Origin: Elusimicrobiota bacterium
GTDB lineage: Bacteria; Elusimicrobiota; Endomicrobiia; Endomicrobiales; JBDRNC01
Direction of reading: 5' to 3'
Length of the DNA: 64,000 bases
Assembly (NCBI GenBank): GCA_043811535.1
Contig: JBDRNC010000017.1
Location: forward strand, 189,121 to 253,120
Shown here: one piece after another, positions 57,623 through 64,000 of the stretch
How positions within the stretch are numbered: the stretch's first letter is position 1
Layout: every line of letters starts with the position of its first letter
The notes under the pieces: model-generated
Database searches by the model: none
What the model saw: only the letters and a program-made list of their open reading frames with translations
Told to the model about the DNA's origin: nothing
Translations under genes and position numbers: made by a program

Positions 57623-60253
57623 TTATAGACTCTCTAATAATGTTGTCGCGTCAGTCAACATCGTATTTATTGCTTCGGTGGAATGGTACTCTTCGACACA
57701 TTTTCTCAAGTACCCATAGTTGATAAAAGAATTCGATCCAAAAATCTCGTATCCGCGTTGGCCATGTCCCATAATCGCTGCCCATACTTCATAAAATAGT
57801 CCCTGAACCCCATATTGTCTGTTAAATATTCTAGCCTCATCGGTATATTTCTCATCATAAAGATAATGTAGTGTCGTTGCCGAGTATTTTCTACAGTCAT
57901 ATGGTTCAGATCCCATGCAACGACTGGCAAATAATTCATTCAGTATTTTGGTTGCTTTTTTGTAGTCAGGAAATAATGGATTAGTAAAAAGCTTGTCTTC
58001 CCGATACCCGATACCCGCTTTTTTCATAAGCACCTTTATAAACTCAGCAAACCCGGAACTTAACGGGACAGGCCTTAGCTGCGCGGAATGATGCTGGTCG
58101 ATTTTACCATAAACTATAAGCGTATTAGACCTAAACGATACTTGGAATCCATTAATGGGCTCAGATTCTTTTGGCCTTAAACATTGATCCAACTGTAACA
58201 TGAACATCCCTAAACCTTGTATATGAACCGTTCGGTCATTGCCATCTGAAGTCTCGATTAATTTGACAAGATCATCAAAAACACCTCTTAATCCCAGGGT
58301 GTCTATTTTAAATATTTTTGGAAGTTCGTATTGTATACGTTGCCTCAATAGATGCATATGTTTATTTAGTTTTGACTTATACTCAATAAAATATTGCTTT
58401 GAGTCTGACATAAGCCGGTTTATTTCCTTGAAGTTCCCCTTCAACTTACTTGATTTTAGTATGTCCAGAGCATCGTCCAAAAGCTTCCCTTGAGTATTTA
58501 GTAGTCTTTCTGGAAGATTGATTGGTCTAAGATAATGCATTGAACTTTTCACTCCTGAAAATGACACTCCGGCGCAATGGCTTGCTTCAATAGGTGATAA
58601 CATGCCGATTTCGACCAAATTAGCCTTGCCGGAGTATGATAATTCAGAAGCGGTTAGCTTGAAATCAGGATATTTTTTGTTGAAAGACCATAAAACGTTG
58701 TCGAAATACTTTTTCAGTATATCCCACCTAAAACTCGGACCTGTATCGTTTAAGTAAAGCTCATCTTCTTCCCGTATTCTGGCAGACGGGTCGACAAATA
58801 ATCCAATTGGCTGCACTTTCTCTGAAGTCCTTTCAAGTTTTAGTCCGAATATTCTATATATATCTGCTCCTGTCAGATAGGATTCAATTATTGCAAGGCA
58901 GAGTATCCTTTTAATAGGTTTATTAAGGATTAATTCCCTATCATCAATTTTAATTCTTGCGGTATTAGTAATGTGCCCTATTAATGCGCATAACCTATCC
59001 CATCTTATATAGCGCGGGCTGTCGGTGGTAAATCTTAATCCTGTTAAACCTTCGCTTTGGTACCTGAAAAGGATATTTTCGGCCATAAGCTTTGTGCAAT
59101 AGAGTGCCCATATATCAGTATTTTTCAGACCCATGCTATGTTCAAGTTCTCGGAAGAACTTGTTATCCAGGAATTGGACATCTTTGCAGTCTTCACTAAG
59201 GGCCGCTAATTCAAATGCTACCGAACTATTGCTATCTTGAATATCTGCTAGCTCAAAGGCATCGCGAATAAAAGATCTGTCATCATATGCCCATATTGTC
59301 CTAAACTTTAGTGCTGCGGTACGGAATTTGTAAAAATCAGAATATTTCCTGCTTATTGAAGATGGTATATTGCCACTCGCTTGTGAAACCTTGACTATCG
59401 TTTCCCATAACGTGATAGGGTGCAGTTCTTCCGTATCAATGTCCATGTACTCCAATTGCAGTAGTACGTCGCGCATGTTCTTAATTGGGACTGCCATGAC
59501 GTCCATATTCAAAGGAAAGGTATCAAGCCACCTAGCTTTTCTCTTTCTGCTTTTCTTGGAATCTTCAATCGTTTCATCTTGTTCATCTTCGAGTTCGCTG
59601 GTATCTCCAGTAGCGCCACAGTATTCCCTTCTAAGGTCCTGGTATATTTTAAAATTAAAATATGCTGAGGCTACAACAAGGAATCTATTCGATATGGGAG
59701 TGTTTAGCGCGGTATTTAGATATAGATCATACGCTTGATTTGTATAAGATATAGTTGGATGAAGAATATCCTCAATATCCTCAACACATATATTTAGGAA
59801 ATCTAGTAAAGCGACTCTGGCTTCGTGATTTAGAGCCTCCTTCAGACCTGTAGGACTGACATGGTATTCCAGTATCAATCTGTAAAATATCTCCCTATAG
59901 GCTGGTAGGATACCTTTGAGTCTAATTTTCGCAAATAAGCCACTATTCCGTGCGATTGGCAGGGGTAACAGGAGGATGTACCAAACCAAGATTTCTGCAC
60001 TTTTTTGATCTGGGAAGTTAATAGGATATTTCTTCGAATCCAGTAGCTTAATTAATGATTGAGAGGTTGACTTAACTTTTGATTTTGCTGAAAAATAGGC
60101 AGAAGGGAACTTTCTACGTTTGAAAGCGGGTTTTGTGGCGATATTGAGGTAAAGATCAAGTAGTATAGTCTGGTTGGTAATCTCGCCTAAGAAAGTACAG
60201 AAGTTGGCTATAATATTTTTATAATTAGGCCGGTCAGGTTCAATTGTAGGCAT
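57623..60253 (-). CDS. Giant (876 aa) divergent tyrosine-recombinase-like protein
   Basis: CLRPKE, YGK..LRPVPL, PYDCRKYSAT, IMGHG; abuts the 883-aa gene. Confidence 0.65.
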   Translation of the reverse strand: MPTIEPDRPNYKNIIANFCTFLGEITNQTILLDLYLNIATKPAFKRRKFPSAYFSAKSKVKSTSQSLIKLLDSKKYPINFPDQKSAEILVWYILLLPLPIARNSGLFAKIRLKGILPAYREIFYRLILEYHVSPTGLKEALNHEARVALLDFLNICVEDIEDILHPTISYTNQAYDLYLNTALNTPISNRFLVVASAYFNFKIYQDLRREYCGATGDTSELEDEQDETIEDSKKSRKRKARWLDTFPLNMDVMAVPIKNMRDVLLQLEYMDIDTEELHPITLWETIVKVSQASGNIPSSISRKYSDFYKFRTAALKFRTIWAYDDRSFIRDAFELADIQDSNSSVAFELAALSEDCKDVQFLDNKFFRELEHSMGLKNTDIWALYCTKLMAENILFRYQSEGLTGLRFTTDSPRYIRWDRLCALIGHITNTARIKIDDRELILNKPIKRILCLAIIESYLTGADIYRIFGLKLERTSEKVQPIGLFVDPSARIREEDELYLNDTGPSFRWDILKKYFDNVLWSFNKKYPDFKLTASELSYSGKANLVEIGMLSPIEASHCAGVSFSGVKSSMHYLRPINLPERLLNTQGKLLDDALDILKSSKLKGNFKEINRLMSDSKQYFIEYKSKLNKHMHLLRQRIQYELPKIFKIDTLGLRGVFDDLVKLIETSDGNDRTVHIQGLGMFMLQLDQCLRPKESEPINGFQVSFRSNTLIVYGKIDQHHSAQLRPVPLSSGFAEFIKVLMKKAGIGYREDKLFTNPLFPDYKKATKILNELFASRCMGSEPYDCRKYSATTLHYLYDEKYTDEARIFNRQYGVQGLFYEVWAAIMGHGQRGYEIFGSNSFINYGYLRKCVEEYHSTEAINTMLTDATTLLESL

Positions 60254-60322
60254 TTATCCCCGGGTAAACAGGATGGTGTTGTATCAGGCGTGGGCTATAA
60301 CTCAGCAGGTTTACCCGCTCTT

Positions 60323-60331
60323 ATTATAGCA
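60323..60331 (-). promoter_or_regulatory. Extended -10 promoter for the recombinase pair
   Basis: TGCTATAAT followed by a leader hairpin. Confidence 0.45.
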
Positions 60332-60418
60332 TATTAATGGAAAGTATCGTAGGAATATATATTATTTAATTCAGACAGGATACAGAAAATACATAGAAAA
60401 TACGTCGTATTTGCATTC

Positions 60419-60460
60419 CCATGTCAAGGAAGCGCTCTAACCAAACTGGGCTAACCGGGC
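60419..60460. repeat. att repeat (right): orphan 5' half of tRNA-Val
   Basis: Identical to 30911-30952. Confidence 0.92.
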
Positions 60461-60557
60461 GTTTTTACAATTAGCAATTAGCAATTATCAGTGATCAATT
60501 AACGTCTATTAAGTATTAATTGGTAATTGCTAATTGATAACTGGTAATTGAAGAATG

Positions 60558-60586
60558 ATTTTATTAAATAAGGGCTGTTTTGTCAA
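60558..60586 (-). promoter_or_regulatory. Native tRNA-Val operon promoter, now facing into the island
   Basis: TTGACA-17 nt-TAAAAT ~100 bp upstream of the tRNA 5' fragment. Confidence 0.7.
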
Positions 60587-60651
60587 GGAAAATGAGAGAG
60601 GACAGTATCTAGTATCTGGTAAAGACTAAGACAATCTGTCGTAAGCGGGTT

Positions 60652-62967
60652 TTATTTCAGGCCCATGCTGTCAATTTCGTCAAGAAGGTCCTTTGTATCA
60701 ACTATATGGGCGGGCTGTGGATTTTCGGGGATGTTGGTTTCAAGCTCGGCCATGAGAGCCAGCAGCATCGCGTTATGGGGTTTCCAGTATTCCCCGGAGT
60801 TCCATGTATTCACCCACATCGGGTTGTTGTCTTCGCCGGGCGAAACGAAACCGTTCGGCAGGCCGCCGAGAACCGGGCCCTTGCCGAAATCCGATGCGTA
60901 GATATAGGGATTAGTCGTTCCTTTGCCGCTGACCATGCAAAAACCGAGAGGATTCTTCCCCAGCACCCACCCTATCTGGTCCGCGGCAATCCTCGCGAAC
61001 ACTGGATTATGCGTCAGCCGCGAATACCTTAAAGATATAAGTCCCATAGCCATTATGTCGCAGTTCAAGCCGTGGTCCTTTTGTATGATGGTCTTCGGAG
61101 AAGAAAAGAAATAGACTTTCATTTTGCCGTCCGCGCCGGGCTCGAGCGCCTGGGCGACAAGGCCGTACGGGTTCATTTCCGAGGTCCGTTTCAAGTACCC
61201 GTAAGCGAAGCAGTCCAGATGAAACATTATATCTTTCCGCAAAGGGTCATTTTCGGGCAGTTGTTCCGCCAGTTCCAGCAGGCCCATTTGTATTCCCATG
61301 GCATGGACGAACTTGTGTTGATGGTTGAAATTGTTTCTATCGGCGGTATTGAAGAATCTGCCGAATATCCTGTCGTCGCTCCTCTTGTAATCCAGGAACT
61401 GGAAAGGAAGGAGTTGCTCCGCGGTTTGCCTGGCGCGCTCAAGATAGGCCTTCTTATCCGTGGCTTCGTATAAGCGCATTGAGGCCCACAGGAACATGCC
61501 TATATTGGAGGACTGGTTTATATTCATTTCCGAGAGGTATCTCCAGGCGAGTTCCGCCGCGTCTAGGGATTCTTTTGCCAGTTTCGGATTAACATCTTTC
61601 AGGCATATGTATACCTCCGCCATGGCTGCCGCGTATGCGGTATTAATATCAGCGCCATGTCCCTTGGCAAGCGTGAAATCCGTAGTGTCATCTTCCGGCT
61701 GGAGGTCTGCGGGCCAGCCAGCTCTTCCTTTAACAAAATCGCCCTCCTGTAGAACGCCCGTGTAGACCCCGCCGGTCTCTTTGTCTATCATGCTGACGCA
61801 GAACTTTGCCGCGTAGGTTATTTCGTCGATAGGGTCGAAGCTGCCGTAAAGACGGCTTCCTTTCGTGAGATTATACCACCTGGCCATGGCCCACATCCAT
61901 GTCGGCGTTGTGGTCATCCATTTTTCCATGTCAAATTCAGTGTCTATGTAGCCGCCCGGTACAGGATCGTAGCGTTTCTTCGTTTTGGGGCAGCGCGTTG
62001 ACTGAATGTAATGGAACTGGGAGGCGCTCAGTTCTTTCAGCAAGATTCCGTTTTCTATTTTAAAAGGATAGGATTCAACATCCATCTTTTTTTCGCCGAT
62101 AACGACTGAAGCGAGCAGCTTGTATTTTCCGGGAGTTTTGAATGAATCAAAACCCAGCACCCAGTGGGTTTTTCCCCACGCGCCTTTCACGCTTGCCGGC
62201 GCGTCCCCGGAGTATTGTTCCTTACCATCGGGGAGCGATATGAGCCGGTAATGGGCGGGAGTTTTCACGTTCCCGTAGAAATTCAACAGTTTAAGCACGG
62301 CGTTTTTACTGCTTGAAGGATCGAATCCTATCTGGTTCAGGGATAATTCAACGCGCGGGTCCGTGCCTTCAATCCTCAGCTCGTCAACTTCTATCCAGCC
62401 CGCGCCTCTGTTCTCTTTGCCGTAGCCTTTGCTAATCGCTATCTCAAGGTTGTATGGCGGGTCGGGCACGCGGTTTGTTCCGCCCCATCCGTAAACCAGC
62501 TCGCTGCTGTGGAATTGTTCCTTATGCCATTCCGATGTTTTCGTGCCAGACAAAAAACTGCGGTTGAAAGTGCCGCCGTCGGCGTCTTTTATGTGAAATT
62601 CAATTAGGTTGCCCGGTCCCCGTGCCCGCAGCCAGAAACTGATGAGGAAGCTTTTATCGAGGTCAATGGCAACTGGTTTTGAGATTATAACCCACTGGCC
62701 GTTTTCGGCAAAATCGTATTTGAACCGCAGGGCATTGTCGAATTTCCCCGCAACGGAAGACAGTTCAATCAATTCATTTTTTGACCGGTAGGTGGTCCAG
62801 CCGCCGCTTTTCTCAAAACCTTCTAGCAGGATATTGCCGGAATATCCTGAAGACGGCGCCCATCCCAATTTCGGGTCGCAAAATGCGGCTTTGCCATGAA
62901 CCGGCGCGTAAAGGAAAACACAGAAAAGCGCGCTGAAGACGGTAGTTGATAAAGTGAATTTATTCAT
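60652..62967 (-). CDS. Secreted GH9-like glycoside hydrolase with N-terminal CBM-like and Ig domains
   Basis: Signal peptide; LNQIGF Ig motif, GGYIDT, WVLGKNPLGFCMVSG, terminal GEYW. Confidence 0.7.
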   Translation of the reverse strand: MNKFTLSTTVFSALFCVFLYAPVHGKAAFCDPKLGWAPSSGYSGNILLEGFEKSGGWTTYRSKNELIELSSVAGKFDNALRFKYDFAENGQWVIISKPVAIDLDKSFLISFWLRARGPGNLIEFHIKDADGGTFNRSFLSGTKTSEWHKEQFHSSELVYGWGGTNRVPDPPYNLEIAISKGYGKENRGAGWIEVDELRIEGTDPRVELSLNQIGFDPSSSKNAVLKLLNFYGNVKTPAHYRLISLPDGKEQYSGDAPASVKGAWGKTHWVLGFDSFKTPGKYKLLASVVIGEKKMDVESYPFKIENGILLKELSASQFHYIQSTRCPKTKKRYDPVPGGYIDTEFDMEKWMTTTPTWMWAMARWYNLTKGSRLYGSFDPIDEITYAAKFCVSMIDKETGGVYTGVLQEGDFVKGRAGWPADLQPEDDTTDFTLAKGHGADINTAYAAAMAEVYICLKDVNPKLAKESLDAAELAWRYLSEMNINQSSNIGMFLWASMRLYEATDKKAYLERARQTAEQLLPFQFLDYKRSDDRIFGRFFNTADRNNFNHQHKFVHAMGIQMGLLELAEQLPENDPLRKDIMFHLDCFAYGYLKRTSEMNPYGLVAQALEPGADGKMKVYFFSSPKTIIQKDHGLNCDIMAMGLISLRYSRLTHNPVFARIAADQIGWVLGKNPLGFCMVSGKGTTNPYIYASDFGKGPVLGGLPNGFVSPGEDNNPMWVNTWNSGEYWKPHNAMLLALMAELETNIPENPQPAHIVDTKDLLDEIDSMGLK

Positions 62968-63077
62968 AACAGGTTGTCTTGGTTTGAAGCAGTTAACTAG
63001 TTGCCAGATACTAGACGACCAACAATAATCTACCTTAATCGAAGTACCCGACAGGATATACCAGATACTGTCGTTAG

Positions 63078-63383
63078 CTATGCGACTTTGAGGGATAGGC
63101 CGAGGGAGCGGATTATCTCTATGACAGTTGAGAATTTGGGATCGCCTTTGTGGGACAGCGCTTTATAAAGATGTTCGCGGTTCAAACCGGTCTCTTTTGA
63201 GAGTTTGCCAAAACCGCCTCGAACCTTTGCCGCGACGGCAAGAGCGGCAAGAAAGGCATTTTCATCGCTGTCTTTAAGGTATTCGTCAAAAGCAATTTCG
63301 ATGTAACCTCTTAGTTCCTTAGGATGCTTTGTGTAATATTCAATCTCAACTTCATCAAGTGTTCTGAATTTTCTTTTGTTCAT
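63078..63383 (-). CDS. Addiction-module antitoxin (HigA-like HTH)
   Basis: AKVRGG..KLSKETGLNREHLYKALS..GDPKFSTV. Confidence 0.88.
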   Translation of the reverse strand: MNKRKFRTLDEVEIEYYTKHPKELRGYIEIAFDEYLKDSDENAFLAALAVAAKVRGGFGKLSKETGLNREHLYKALSHKGDPKFSTVIEIIRSLGLSLKVA

Positions 63384-63687
63384 TATAATCCTCCCAATAC
63401 TTAAGCGCCCAAAAAATATCATCTTGCTGACTGCCTTTATCTCCCCCGGTCAGTAACAGCACTATTGTATGCCCCTCTTCTTTGCAGTAAACACGGTATC
63501 CTTTTCCAAGATCATATCGTAATTCGATGATTCCGTAAAAACGTTTATGATCTCCCAGGTTGCCTTCCGCGACTCTTTTAAACCTTGCATAGATTCTTGC
63601 CCGAATTGAATTGTCAAGCGAATTGAGCCATTCTGTAAGCGGTTCTTTGCCGGATACTGTTTGGTATACGACTAATGTCTTTTTCAT
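63355..63687 (-). CDS. Addiction-module toxin (RelE/HigB family)
   Basis: GNLGDHK..GIIELR..GYRVY..LLLTGGDKGSQ. Confidence 0.9.
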   Translation of the reverse strand: MKKTLVVYQTVSGKEPLTEWLNSLDNSIRARIYARFKRVAEGNLGDHKRFYGIIELRYDLGKGYRVYCKEEGHTIVLLLTGGDKGSQQDDIFWALKYWEDYNEQKKIQNT

Positions 63688-63709
63688 TCCCCCATCCCCT
63701 TGCGATATA

Positions 63710-63738
63710 ATTGTAGTTTATAAACTACATATTGTCAA
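63710..63738 (-). promoter_or_regulatory. TA promoter with overlapping palindromic operator
   Basis: TTGACA-17 nt-TACAAT; perfect palindrome TGTAGTTTATAAACTACA at 63712-63729. Confidence 0.8.
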
Positions 63739-64000
63739 GACCGTATAATGCAAATAAAAAACCACCGCGCGCAAGCACAAGTGGTTTATGACGGATAATC
63801 AGCTTCCCACCAAGCTTCATAACAAAATTTTACAAAAAGTGGCAGGTAAACACAACCGCCGCATTACCATATCGGGTACTTCGATTAAAGTGCAATAAGG
63901 TTTGTCGCGCGTGCGCAAAATGCGCACGGGGGCGTGCGTATTGTTAAAATATATTGATATTTCAATGCGGAAATACGCACGCTTTTACGCACGCTTTGCG

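Larger units (their letters stand above)
30911..60460. mobile_element. ~29.5-kb integrative island in tRNA-Val(GAC)
   Basis: Exact 42-bp direct repeats 30911-30952 and 60419-60460; AT-rich interior; recombinase genes next to the right repeat. Confidence 0.9.

Noticed and set aside
60419..60460. Second functional tRNA-Val
   Set aside because: Stops just after the anticodon loop; no T-arm or 3' acceptor strand, so it is an att fragment
30911..60460. Prophage or conjugative ICE
   Set aside because: No capsid, terminase, tail, relaxase or T4SS genes recognised
1..64000. CRISPR array, cas genes, reverse transcriptase (DGR/retron), rRNA
   Set aside because: No regularly spaced repeat-spacer array, no YxDD RT ORF and no rRNA-like sequence seen

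Overview
Host chromosome plus one large integrated island. 1-30.9 kb is GC-richer housekeeping DNA, almost all on the minus strand: uvrC(partial), murJ, rpsT, holA, lptE-like, leuS, 2x HEAT, tlyA, dxs, ispA, xseBA, ymdB, rny, ygfA, rarA, a short 6S-like RNA, zapAB, FAD oxidoreductase, pheTS, ktrAB, rplT-rpmI-infC with L20 leader, thrS, tRNA-Cys and tRNA-Val. Gene content suggests a diderm, possibly Elusimicrobiota (inference only). 30,911-60,460 is a visibly AT-richer ~29.5 kb island bounded by an exact 42-bp direct repeat of the 5' half of tRNA-Val(GAC), the opposite of the usual 3'-end duplication. The island appears to supply its own outward promoter for the rebuilt tRNA and downstream thrS. 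It encodes two ~880-aa tyrosine-recombinase-like proteins at its end; an ECF sigma/anti-sigma cluster with lipoproteins and two exported caspase-domain proteins (one fused to a PorV-like domain); a nested module with two paralogous integrases; an anchor-less PBP-like gene; an HNH gene; a TIR + caspase pair (type IV Thoeris-like); and an IS256 with TIRs and TSD. After the island come a GH9-like hydrolase and a HigBA-type TA pair. Host intergenic DNA carries many inverted heptamer arrays and palindromic mini-elements, one inserted in frame inside pheT. All calls come from reading motifs by eye; no searches were run.
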